Position numbers and translations under genes: made by a program
Notes under the pieces: generated by a model
Database searches by the model: none
The model's input: only the letters and a program-made list of their open reading frames with translations
What the model was told of the DNA's origin: nothing
From: Paraspadella gotoi
Lineage: Eukaryota; Animalia; Chaetognatha
Reading direction: 5' to 3'
Assembly (NCBI GenBank): GCA_051294375.1
Contig: CM119269.1
Location: forward strand, 1,442,537-1,506,536
Length of the DNA: 64,000 bases
Part shown: positions 1 to 12,651 of the stretch, in pieces
How positions within the stretch are numbered: the stretch's first letter is position 1
How the letters are laid out: every line of letters starts with the position of its first letter

Positions 1-2270
1 TTACGACTTACGTGAAAAGAATACATGAACTCTTCTTCCGACTTACGGAATTATTGTTCATGCAAATATATAATAATACATTTATTTCATTAATGAGTTA
101 GACGGAAAGGATCGTCCTCGCTCATCAAAGAAGCGACCTTCGACATCGACTCTCGATCGGGAACCGAATCCTCACAGCGTTCGAAATCAAGATGTGCGGC
201 GGCAATCTACATCGAAAACCTGGCCGAAGACCCAACCCCGGTCCCTCTACGTCCGCGTTATTGACGACAATACGTCCCTCAAATTCAACCCCGGCGGAAG
301 AGAAAGCTCCTCGGCGAAAATGAAGAGAACCCGAAGATGGACGACGATGTTTAAAAGACGGGGCGCCGGAGCCCGCGCCCCCGATGATACCCTGGTGGGC
401 CGGGCGCGGCGCGGCGCTCGTCCGGAGCTGAACAGCCCAACAGCCGCGGCTTCTCTCAATTTAGAACTGGATCATGAACTCGAAAATGAACTTGATTACG
501 GACATATATTTAAAATACTCGGATTGTTTTGCGTTTCACGACCGATGATCTAACGTTTTCTCGGAGAAGTCAGCCGACTAGTACGGAAGACCGCGAGGTG
601 CGACGTTTTTGCTTCGACACCCACGTCGCAAACGCGCCGTATTTACTAGGAGATTCGGCCGCAGACGACGAAACAGAATTTATTATTTGTTTATTAACGT
701 AGTATTCATTTATTCAAAACATTTAAAGTAGAATGGTTCAAAAATTTTATCCTCAAACGTTTAGCTTAGTATTAAGATCCCTATTTACGATTTTCCTTTG
801 ATCATGTTTCAATTCTTTCGCTTTTATACGTATTTACGTTCGTTTATTTTATTCTGATCATGCGAAAGAAAAACCAGCTAACTTAAGCAATTATTTAAAA
901 GAGACGATCACGTTTTTTATTGCTCTGTATTGAAAGTAGTTTCGTAGTATTTCCTCGACGTTAATCTTCGTCAAATCATTTTCGAAAAACTTTTATTACG
1001 ACGAAATTGAAAAATAACGTTCGATTTTACCATTTAATATTAGTATCTTTGTCTCAACTGATCGCTCTCTATCAAAATTCGACGCGAATACGGAAAGATT
1101 TTATTCAACGATAACGTGACATGGTTTTAAACATTGTGTAATCCACTGTGAAAAAATAATTTACTACTATTGCATTGTATTGTCATTCAAACATTAGCGA
1201 AAATCAATCACATAAAATTAAAAGAAAGGTACAGTTTTTTGACAGGCTTAAGTACAACGGATAAAACAATATATTCTTCCCTTCCCTTTTCTTGATTTTT
1301 TTTCAGTTTATTTCTGCTTTTTATTTATTTTTTTCTTTCTTCTCTCAATCTTATCTCTTTATTTCCATCTATCTTGATCCTTCTCTTCCTCTTTCATGAT
1401 TCTTTTCTCTTCTTCTTGGACATGCTTTGCACTGCCCCTTCAGATCAGAGTGGTCTTTGTTGGAGTTTTTTCCACCGCTCTGATGGAGCGCTGGAGGTGG
1501 GGGTGTAGAGATATGTCCCCCTTTTTCCCCCATTTATTTGTTTGCCTTTTTGTTATTACCGTTTCTGCCGATAGATGTCTTTTTCCTTTTCTTTAGGAGA
1601 TTACACTCCTCTTTCTTTTTCTTACCAGATATTCTAGCCATGTAGATTCTTAGGACTTTTCCGCCCGTCACCAAACTGCCTTTTACGAGGTTCCAGGACG
1701 CCCTCATGTCACCATTAGTCACCTTTTGATACGTTCACAGACAGTGATGTCACGGCCATAGAGCTTGTGGCGAGACCACACTCCAAGAGACTCGTGGGCC
1801 TACTCGTGGTCAGACTTTAGACCCCGTCATAGACTGGTGGACGGACTCGTGGCCCACCACATTCGGCCACACTCGGGTGACAATAGCCTCGCCGATACTC
1901 CCTCACCACGGCGAGCCGACGGTTCGCGCGGCAAGCACAACGGCGCTGGATGCGGCCACGCCCACTTCCGGAGGCGTCAGCGGGGGACCTGGGGGACGGC
2001 GGTCCTCCGTAACAGCACGACGGCCGGCGAAGCGGAGGCGGCTACACGAGCACACGGCAAGTGTTCGTACAATTTTATACAGTTGCTTTTCTTTTCTCTT
2101 TCGTTTCATAATTTTCCCCATCTTTTTAATTCAATAGCATGTTGAAATTTTGTGTTATTTTACTTTTTCACACTCCACAAAATAATTTTTTAAGAATTTA
2201 AAAAAAATAAAAAAAATGCTAAGGATGAAGAATTTAAGGCTTCACATTATCCTTCCCCTCGAGTCTTCAG

Positions 2271-2894
2271 CGACTCCTCTGTCTCCGAGGAATCCTTGGA
2301 CGAAAAATCCATCAACGCTAACGTCTCTAACGATTTCGGCAAACGAGTCCGCGTCTCGAATTGGAATAAAGAGAAGAAGCAAGCGGAGAAGAATAGGCAC
2401 AAGAACACCGTCGCTGCCAGCGCTATCAAGGTAAGTGATAAGAGATAAGCGATGAGTAAGCGATGGGTAAGGGTAAGTGATAAGGGATGGGGAATGAAGA
2501 ACCCCTAGGGAAGCAGGGCCGAGAGGGAAAAAATAAACAATGACGAGTATGCCTTTGTCTCTTGTAAGGGATATGAGGAATTGGAGAAAATAAAAACTGA
2601 AAAATAAAAACAAGCGGGGCAATGAGATCAAGGAAAGGAAGCGTAAAGTATTTAAGACGCTGTAAAATAAAAAGGGAAGAATGTTTTTTTTGTTTCATTG
2701 GACAAAACTCTGAAGCGAGACAATCCTTCATCGCCTTTTGAACGCCTCGCAGCTCTTTTAACTCAATTCAGGCGGAACAGTTGGCGTTGACTGCGCAAGA
2801 TTATGTCGATACAGGCGACGGAAACAAAGAGAAAGAGGAAAAACACCGACTTCTCATAGAAGAGGTCGACCTGACCCCCGAGACGGCCGTCAGG

Positions 2895-2936
<42 letters not shown>

Positions 2937-3296
2937 GAGAGGAGAGAGAGAAAGAGGAGAGACAGACGTTAAATCTCTCCCCCCCCCCTCGGGTCCCCCT
3001 CCCGTTTCCAGGATTTTAAGGGAAACCCCGTCCATGGATCGACTCATGAATCTTCGTAAAGGAGCCAAGTTCATGGAAAGAATGGAAGTCGGTGGGAAAG
3101 TCGCGCGGGAAAAGGGTTTGTTCGAAACGGCCGTCCTCGCGCTCGCTTATCAGGTGACTCGTTGACCAATTGGTTAATATTGATGGGTAATATAGATAAT
3201 TTTTATAATTTAGATATTTCGGGTAATTTAGATAATTGATGTACACATTTTTCACTTCTTCATTTTTCCTTTTTTTTCTTTCTTTTTTTCTTTCTG

Positions 3297-3361
<65 letters not shown>

Positions 3362-3748
3362 TTTCTTTCTTTCTTTCTTTCTTTCTCTCTTTATATAATT
3401 TTTCCTTTTTTTTCTCTTTATTTTTGTTTTCTTTTTCTCTTTTCTTTCACAGTTTCTCATGTCGCGTTACCCGGGGGATAAGTTAACAGATGAATTCTAC
3501 GACGAACTACTGGCTTCCGCTCGTATGGGGCCGACTCAACGATCAACTGCCAAGCCGAAAGCTACTGGTAGGAAATTCCATCATTCAACAACAACAACAA
3601 CAAATTCTACTGCTACTAATACTACTAATTTTACTACTACTACTTCTACTATCACTAATACTACTACTATTTGAATATAAATTTATACTGAATAAATTAA
3701 ATGTCTTTTTAATCATTTCCAGGTTACAAGCGAGCTAAGGAGGCGTGA
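2271..3748 (+). CDS. Orphan multi-exon gene, 3' five exons (2271-2430, 2772-2893, 3012-3153, 3453-3567, 3723-3748); 5' end unresolved, probable extra exon(s) at ~1760-2060 and possibly ~103-550
   Basis: GC-rich blocks bounded by AG/GT join in one continuous frame: ..DSSVSEESLDEKSINANVSNDFGKRVRVSNWNKEKK..AIK|AEQLALTAQDY..ETAVR|ILRETPSMDRLMNL..LAYQ|FLMSRYPGDKLTDEFYDELLASARMG..ATG|YKRAKEA*. No domain recognised. Confidence 0.7.
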
Positions 3749-4460
3749 AATATTTTTTTTTTTCAAAAATCATGTGTTATTGATTTTGTTATTGGTACTA
3801 ATGCGTTTACTCCTTAGTTTGAATGAAAAAAAAACCTTTGTTGTGCCGAGTTAATTATGATATTTTTGGTCATTTATTATAGTTTCGAGCGATGTGATAT
3901 GAAAGTTAATATTCACATTTCGTTTATTTAGACATTCTATAATGATAGGTGATTCTTCGGACAGTTTAACATAATCATAATCATCCGCGATGATATAACG
4001 TTTTAATCTTTATGAAATTTGTAACACTACTATAAAAAATATATTATAGTGATAATTAGCGTAAACAAAAGTTCGCTATTTTACTGCCCTCTATTGGAAT
4101 GTTCTCATAAATATTCTGACTCAGCAAAAAAATTTTGCTTTATCTAATCGAAACCTGTATGCACACAAAAACTAAAAGCTATTTAAATCTTGTCTTCATG
4201 ACTAAACATTTCGTCATGAGTTCATAACCGAGTAAAACACCAAGTTTTCATTTCATCGCTGCGCGGAAAGACAACGAATCAGAGCCTCTTGCCTCTTTTG
4301 AGAATCGCATTGCACGCGTAACGAGGTGGGAACAACGACTCCTCTCCTTTTTGAGAACCCCGTTTCTAACGTCGCCGACCTGACACCGTTTCAGAGATCT
4401 CTGGCGTTTGCCCAATGAGCTTCTCCCAGCCAAACCCGTGGAACTGGAACAAGACTGGGC

Positions 4461-4592
4461 TGAAAATTACCCGGACCATTTCTCAGTTACTAACTGGGCG
4501 ATGGAAAAACCAGCCTTGAAATTACCAGAGTTAAGTTCCGCCTGGTCCGGATTGGTATATAAAGCCTCTCTGTTTCGTTCCACGTAATTTCC
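4461..4592 (+). promoter_or_regulatory. Core promoter of the NF-kB/Relish gene: TATA box, inverted CCAAT and four kB-like motifs
   Basis: TATATAAA at 4556-4563, ~75 nt upstream of the ATG, preceded by ATTGG at 4551-4555. kB-like words: TGAAAATTACCC 4461-4472, TGGAAAAACC 4502-4511, TTGAAATTACC 4516-4526, GTAATTTCC 4584-4592. Confidence 0.6.
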
Positions 4593-4636
4593 AAGAACTC
4601 TCTCGCCGATTTCGTCACATTTAATCATCTTTAAAA

Positions 4637-7600
4637 ATGAACGTAAATTCGTTCTTAGACGATAACCAAACTCTATTTCGCTCCCCGACGGATATGTTCG
4701 GAAGTCCCTTCGAGCCGACGTCGGCGAGGATGACGATGACGCAGATTCCGACGACGCCTCAAGGTTTTTTCGAGACGCCTAAACCGATCACTATCGTCCA
4801 GAACCGGTCGACCTTCGGCGTGGAATCGATAAAGTTCGACCCCATCTTCGCTCCGTTGCCCGCGCCCGAAGACGTCAATTGGTTCCAAACTGGCGATGAA
4901 GTAAATTTCCAATGCGTCGATCAAAGTCCCGCCCACGACGTTTCAAGCTCCAACGATTCCTGTGGGGGATCAGCTCAGATGGTAAGTAGCGCTTTTTGGT
5001 CAAATAGTTCGAGCCTTTTTAACATTTTGAACTCAAAAGTGAAACGGTGTTAAGAATTTTGCCATATGTTTATCTCGTAATTGTACTATCTTGTACAATT
5101 TTTATCTCCAAACAAGATCCTTGGGATGAAGTTGAAAACATTTTTTTGAGCGAGCGAAAACTTTTGGATAGAAAGGAAATTTAATAACAAATTCGAGCCT
5201 CATCGTTATATATAAATGAGATTTTGACTTTAGTCTCCGCAACCTTGCTCATCCTCGATGGCCATGGAACAGTCACCGATGTCCGCATCGAACAGTCCAT
5301 CCTCTTCGAGTCCCCGTTCTAGAACGTCCCGCCGACCCAGCGCCGATTCCATCGAAGCCATCCTCAACTCGCCCGTCATGCATTCTCCGGAGGAGTGCGG
5401 AGGAAACTTCAAAGAAAGCTCCAAACCTTGGGCCGTTTTTAAAATCCAGCCGCAACAAACGGGGTCAGAAAAAAAAAGATTTATTTAGCCGGATCTGCTC
5501 ACAGCAAAATCCGTCGGTCGTACCCCAAATAAAAATATTGGGGGTAGGTCACTGAGATCATGTCAGAAGTCAGAACCTGAAAAATTCTACAAAATCGATA
5601 TCTGTCCGTCCGTTCGTTCGTCTGTCTGTCTGTACGTACGTCCCACCTTAGCTTTAAACGCAAATTGCTCATGAGTGGATAGGGTGATTGACTTTAAATA
5701 CAGGCTGAAAAAATAACAATAACAACAACCACAATTACTATAATAATGACTAAGGTTATAAAAAATTAAAAAATATAGATTATTAATAATAAATTTTTAA
5801 AAAATTAAAAAATAATTGTAAGTTTAATCATAACTTATTAACTAATTTTTTTTCATTATTGACTTTCCTCTTCTCTCCCAGGCATCGGTTCAGATATAAC
5901 ACCGAAGGAAAGTGTCACGGCAGCCTCTCTGGAAAACAAGGCACCTCTCCAACTCTTGCAATTTATGGTAAGTTTTGGACTTTCGGGTTTAATTAAAATT
6001 TGCATTTCTAATTAATATTTTGGCTTTTCTACTAATTTTAACACCAGGTCTTCAGAATGAAACGGGAAGACTGGGTTATCGCGTCGAACTCATCAACGCC
6101 TTTAACGACGATCCCCACCCGAACGTTTTGACCAGCAAAGTCGGCCTCACCCCGTTGGGTCATTTTCAGAAAGAGTTGGACTATGAGCTCAAACCTGGTC
6201 ACAAGAAAGAAGGAAGGTTCGAATTCAGCCTTGGGAAAATGGCTATCAATACTACCAAGAAGACCGAAGTCACGGAGCGGTTGATCAATCTTCATAAATT
6301 TCGATATTGCGAAAAACACGGGGTCGACGAGAATCACATCCCCGTCGACTTCTTGGAAAATCTTCAAAAAAAATTTCCTAAGGCTGGGAAGCCAGATGTG
6401 GATGCCAGCCAGGTTTAAGAAGCAATGACTTTTCTATTTCAATTTTTCTTTCATTATTTACATAAAAAAACTAATATTTTAGGTTCGTATGCGCATTTCA
6501 GTTTGGATATACGCGGGCCAGGACAAAATGTTCCTGGAACCAGTTATATCTGATATTATCAAGAACGAGCATCACCCTAATTCTAACAAACTTGTCATTT
6601 CGAAACTGAGCCACTCGAGTTGCTCTAAAAATGGACAAAAAGAAATTATAATTCTTTGTAGTAAGGTAAAGAAAAAAGTTTGTTGTTAAATCACCAACTG
6701 GTTTTTTTTAAATTAAAATTTTTCTTTATAATTCAAGGTTTGCAAAGAAAGCATTCAAGTCCGGTTCGAAGAAACTGACAAGTTGGGCACCCCCGTATGG
6801 GCTGAAAACGTTGGGCCCTCAATGGTTCATCATCAATGTGCAATAGTTATTCATACGCCTCGCTACAATCACACTACCGAAGTAGGTCGCTTTTAAGCTG
6901 GCATAAAAAAATTGTTATACATCAATCATACATTTTAATTTTGAGTTTAAATTATCATTTGTCTAAATATTGGTTGATTCAAAAAGTTTGTTTAAAAGTA
7001 AATTACATCAGTAGTCCTGAAATTTTAAAAAAGCATACTGAATTTTGAATCTCTGTTTCAGGTTTCAAGGGCTGTCTTGTAAATAAACTCTTTTCCATTC
7101 TGTGTGTTCGTCTGTCTGTCTGTCTGTCGGCTTAAAGTCACCTGATCAATAATAACTTGAAAATATTTTATAAAGTTAATTTTTAATATAATTGTTTATA
7201 ATTGTTATCATAACAAAAGCCATTCTTGAACAACTTCCTAAAGCGGGACTATTTTGATTGTTCTAATTTTTAGGGAGATGTGGAAGTAGATTTGCGGCTC
7301 GTGAGAAACAACGATTTCTCAGAGGCTCGTAAATTCGTATACAAAGCCCAAGGCGACTCTAGAAAACGAAAATACGCAAAGGGATCGAACAACGTTCGTC
7401 CATCTAGCTCTCAGACGCCTTCCACTGCTCATAACGTTGTCCGCCCGGCTTTAAACGCCGTCGCTCCGGTGATCATGTCCCCACAGTTTTACGCGACTCA
7501 GTTGCAGTCGCCGCAACCGGGTTTGGCGCAGCCAGTTTTTCAATTGGGCAGTCATCCGAATGGCGCGGTGCTGTTTTCCCAAATGAACAACCAGATTCCC

Positions 7601-9255
7601 ATGACTCAACCCGTGGTGAGTCAAGTCGGCGGGGTTCCGACGTCGGAATTTTCCACAATCAACACTGACGACTGGGCGACCAATGTCTTCCTCGATTCCG
7701 GTTTCTCGAGCGGGCCGAGATATACCATCAAAGAAGAGCCTCTCGACGCGAAGCCTTCGAGTCCGTTCGAGGAGAAGAATCGTCGAAACGCGGGCCAATT
7801 TGCACAAGTGCATTGCCCGCGAGCAGGCATGGTCGAAAAACAATGTCGCGAGAAACACAGCCAGTCAATCACCAAGGACGCTTGGCTCGAGATGCAGAAA
7901 TTGAGTTTGGAAGAGACAAAAGCGCTCAGGTCTGAAGAAGCGAAGAGTCACGTTTTGCAAAATGAAAAATCGAAGAAGAACAACGCCGTTCAGGAGTACG
8001 CTACTTCCGGAGACCCCTCCTCTTTGCTTAAAACGAACGAGCGAGAATTGTTCGCCGTGGACGATCACGGAAACAACAATTTGCACTTGGCCATTAATTA
8101 TAAACAAAACGAGAGTTTGAACCACATGCTGAGCGCCATATCGAGGTTCGGACCAAAGAAAGATCTGGCCGTGAACGCCCGCAACCATGACGGTTTGACA
8201 CCCCTTCACTTTGCGGTGACTATGAAGCAAACAGATTCGTTCGAATCCTTGCTGCGAGCCAAAGCCGATGTCACGAAAACAGATGGCGATGGGAACAACG
8301 TTATTCACCTGGCCTCCGCTCTGCCGCCACCATTTGGCCCTCGAATGCTGCGGGCGCTGCTCGACTTTTCCCTGCAGAAGGACGACGTTGATTTCAAGCA
8401 GACGCTTGGCGTTTTGGCCAATGCTAGGAATTACGAGGGAAAAGCGTCGCTCCACTTGGCCGTGGAAAAGGCGGACGTCGAGTCGTTGACACTCCTGGAC
8501 AATTTAGGTTGCGACCCGGACGTCGGGGATCGAAGCGATGGAAAGACGCCGCTTCTCGTCGCTATTCGGGCGAGAGACGTCGTCAAAGTCGATTATCTGC
8601 TCTACAAACTTCGCGCTTCTCCACACGCAAGCGCCTTTGACCAGGTCGTCCCCATCCGGGTCGCCGTCGGCATGATGGGCGGTCGCAGCGGCGGAAACGA
8701 CGACAATATGGAACGGATAGTCGAGATGCTCGTCGATCAAGGGGCCACCTACGAAGCGGAGAACCGCGAAGCTGAGCTCGATTGGGAGGTCGTGAATGAA
8801 AAGGAAGAGGAGGAGGAGGAGGAGGAGGAAGAAGATGTGAAGATTGAGTTTTCCGCCGCCGTCAAAGAGTTGTTGAGAGGAACGCCTACATGCGCGTCGC
8901 TGGAAGAAGAGCTGGCTCGATATCCCGAAGACGAGAAGGTCGTCAATCTTGGGCTGAAAGGACGAATGGCTCTGAGAAAAGAATTGGACGACCTCGTGGA
9001 ATCGGAACGCCTCTCGCAATTTATATCAGCGTTGCGTATCGATCACGTGAAAGTGCCGAAGGAGGTTTCTAGCAGCTGCCTCCTTGCAGGTAATTATCGA
9101 TGACGCATTTGAAACACATCGCTAGCTCCCTTGCCTTGCCTTGCCTTGCCTTGGCTCAAAATCTTTTTCTTTTTTTTTTTTTAATTTCAGTTTTGTCGAC
9201 GAAGGAAACTAAGCTGTGCGAAGTCAAAGCCGCTCTTCAAATTTTGGAGCAATAA
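4637..9255 (+). CDS. Relish: NF-kB class I precursor (p105/p100/Relish type), ~1077 aa. Exons 4637-4981, 5234-5463, 5882-5967, 6048-6412, 6483-6665, 6738-6881, 7274-9089, 9191-9255
   Basis: The spliced frame gives a Ser-rich N-terminus, the RHD recognition loop QPQQTGHRFRYNTEGKCHGSLSG, PHPN, VRMRI..PVISDII, an IPT domain (IILCSKVCKESIQVRF..W..VHHQCAIVIHTPRY), NLS RKRK, about 6 ankyrin repeats (GNNNLHLAI, GLTPLHFAV, GNNVIHLAS, GKASLHLAV, GKTPLLVAI), a poly-E tract and a short helical C-terminus. HGSL and VHHQ are Relish-like. All introns are GT-AG. Confidence 0.93.
5530..5715 (+). mobile_element. Degenerate DINE-1/HINE-like (non-autonomous Helentron-type) remnant in Relish intron 2
   Basis: (GTCY)n tract at 5604-5643 embedded in non-simple sequence. 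A similar tract lies at 7110-7128 in intron 6 and at 40550-40822. Family assignment rests on this microsatellite signature only. Confidence 0.35.
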
Positions 9256-9897
9256 AAACTGGAGGAAAAAAAACGTAGTGGGTTTTGGAATAAATTTTTT
9301 TGTATTAGTTCTTTCGTCAATTTGTGTATGACTTTTTTCGTATTAGGATTTTTTACATTATGCACTATTATGTAACATACAATTAATTTGAATACAACAT
9401 TGCACAATGCTCACATTTATCAAACGGACGCACTTCAAGAAAGGTTAACATTTTATTGTCATCACCTTGAGAAATCCTTAAACCCTTTTTCATGAAGAAA
9501 TAAATATATGTCGAGTATGTATATATTTTGGAACACAATTGATCATCGCTGACAAATTAAGTTCACAGCTCTGCTTTCCCTCAATGAGTCACTTAAAAAT
9601 CTAAAATGAAAAAGAATGATTTTACAGCCCAAACACAAGTGACCAAAAAAGTGAGATTCGTTCCAGTTACACATAAATTTAGCTAGTGTCTAAGAATAAA
9701 ATGCGGACATATGGTTTCTAATCTGCCGAATAAATAAAGTAGCAAAACTAAATACATAAGACTTTTCCTTTAAGCCTAGCTCGGGTGTTTAAGTAAATTA
9801 TAAAACTTTTAAATAAGACTGGTTGACATGAATTTCAATTGAACATTTTAAATCCCCTTCTTTTTTCATTCACAATTGAAAACCTAATATGAATCAA

Positions 9898-12587
9898 TCA
9901 AAACTGATTTTCGTTAAATTCCCCAACGAACGAGATTTCTCTGTGCAGCCAAAGGGGCGGCCGATCGGGAGACGAAGGGATAGCGTCGGGTGGCGGAGGC
10001 GTAATCCTCCAGGCGCTGAAGTCGTTGACGTCGCCAGGTGAGGGGCCGTGATGTCCGTGACGCTTTCGACGCGAGGTGCTGTCCGACGATCCTGAAGAGA
10101 GGTTTGTTAAAAGAGGATGAAAATAATATATGGGATAAATAATTAGATTGGTACAAGCATTATACAAATTTAAAAGATAAGCTATTTTGTCCCTGACTTT
10201 TGACACACTTTTGACACACATCTTCTTACAAGATGCTAACATAGCAGGACGCTGCTATCTTTTTACTAAAGAGTCTCTCGAACAGTCTTCTTTGTTCACT
10301 CTCTTGTTTCACAATCAATGAAGTGGCATACTAATGTTTCTAAAAATAGAAGCGTTATTCACCTTCTCGTGTCGAAAAGATAAAAAAAATATTGATATCT
10401 CGTTGAGATCCGTGCACGAAACCTTTTTTTAGGTTCTCAAGTAAATAATATTAAAACGAAATTTTACTGAATTTAGAAATAAAATAACCCTGGGATTAAC
10501 AAACAATAAAACTAATAAATAAAGCTAAGAGAAGGGAAAAAACCAAATAAAAGTCAAACAAACGATGTTTTTTTCATTCGGGTCATTAACAACTGAGGTT
10601 AAAATGATCTAATTTTTTTAATTTTTTTTATATACCATGCATGCAGCGAATGTTGAGCGCATGAGGGCCCATAGGGTTTTCGCCGTCGTATTTGGGTCCC
10701 GTGCCGTGAGCGCACTCGGGCGGCGACGCGGGCCACGGCGCCTGCAACCCTCGCTTCTGCGGAGGTTCGGGCGGAGGGAGATTGTAGCGCAGGTGCTGGG
10801 ACGGAAGAAATTTGCCCTGATCAAAGAGTGGGGAATAGATGGGGATGGGGAATGGATAAAACTAAATGGAAAAATTGGAAAAAGTTAAGGATTAACTTGG
10901 ATCTCTGTTACAAAGTAAGCGGTAAAAATTATTTCTTTTTCTCAATAAATCCTGACTTTAAACATTTTTTAGGGTTAGAACAACGATAAGTCCGCGGAAG
11001 AGAAACCGGTTATGATAATTGACACATGATAAAATATCATTTTGTCTTACCAGTGCTTTCCCCTCTACTAATATAGCCGACTTTTTTCATATTATTTTAT
11101 GAAGACCAATCAATCAATCAATCCCTTCCGAACCTTGAGAACTTCGTTAGGATCGAATCTCTCCAACAGATGTCTCTCTCCTTTCGTCAACACGGGCGAG
11201 AGAAAGGGACCCGAGGCTTCAACCAGATTCCCGAGTGACGCCCCCGCCGCCGCCGAGCGTTCCCCGTCGACGAGCCGCTGCGGGTTGTTGATGTGGGAGA
11301 CCCTCGCCAGATGGAAGCGATCCAGGCCTCGCAGATTAAACTTGAAGGCGTTGAAGGAGTTGAAGTTGCGAAGGACGATCTCTTGCTCGCTTCCGTCGCG
11401 GTTGATGCGCTGCAGGAGGAAGGAGGAAGGGGGGAAGATTCTGATGTCGGATATTAGATTAGATTAGATTAGATTAGCCCGACTCTGACCGCATCGTCTT
11501 TAAATAATGTCGAATGGTTTTTGTTTAATTCGTTTCTTTTCAGAGATACGTTTCTCTACCGAGTGAGAAAGAATACCATGAAGAAGGAAAAGAATCAAAT
11601 CAAAATTGCTTAATAAAATACGGATCATTTGATTTTTAAATAATTGATTTTTCTAAAAATAATATTTTTAGAAACTTAAGGTAGAAAGTGTTTTTATAAA
11701 TGCAGAAGACAGCCCTGACATCAATCTCCCCATCAACACGGATGAATGAAACACATTATTAAATAATATATTTAATAGAAATAAAGATTAAATCTATTTG
11801 AAATAACTTTTTAAAATGATATTTACTAATATAGAAAAACAAGCAATCTTACAAATTTCATCAACAAAAAGAGACCCATCGCTAATGTTGACCTTCAAAT
11901 ACATGGGTTTGTTTTGAACGATGCTAATGAAATCGGCGGCGTCGTTTCCGGGCGTCGTTTTGGCGTCGGCGTCGTCCTCCTCAAACTCCTCGATGGTGTT
12001 TGTCCTAAGGGCGCCGCGATCGTCGCCCGTTTCGACGCCACCTCTGCCGCCCAATTTGAGGGCGGGGCCGGGATGCCACGAGGAGAGAGAAGCGGCGTCT
12101 ACCGTCGACGCTGATAAAGAAGATGTCGACTCGTAACTAAATTATTCACTATTCATTATTTATTATGAATATTAGCTTATGAGTATTCCCCGATCTCATA
12201 GTAATACTTAAGGGAGTGGTCTTTTCATATAATTGAAACATTCTTTGATAGGGAAGCCAGGTACTCTGGGAATGAATAAACGAGATTTGGAGAGTCTTGA
12301 TTGAAACCTCGCAAGGACTTGATATGTCATTATCTTTTAAGAGTGATGGAGGCCTTAAATCACCGAAGCCTGTCCAAACTCAGGGGCAATATTGCCTATT
12401 TATTAAAAGAATGGATAATTTTGATATTCAATTATATTTTAAATCGCTTTTCTCTATGTCGTTCGGACAGTGCGACCGACCTCTTCCCTCGCCGACGGAT
12501 CTCGAGTCCGCATACACGTACGACGTGACGTAGCTCCCTCCTCCTCCTTTGGGCGCGAGTCCCGTCGACGCCTGGCCTGAAAATTTA

Positions 12588-12651
<64 letters not shown>

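Noticed and set aside
7451-9019. Long antisense ORFs over Relish exon 7, also over GAS1 (41366-41869, 44540-45178) and Fox (57114-57593)
   Set aside because: Shadow ORFs of GC-rich coding exons with no motifs of their own
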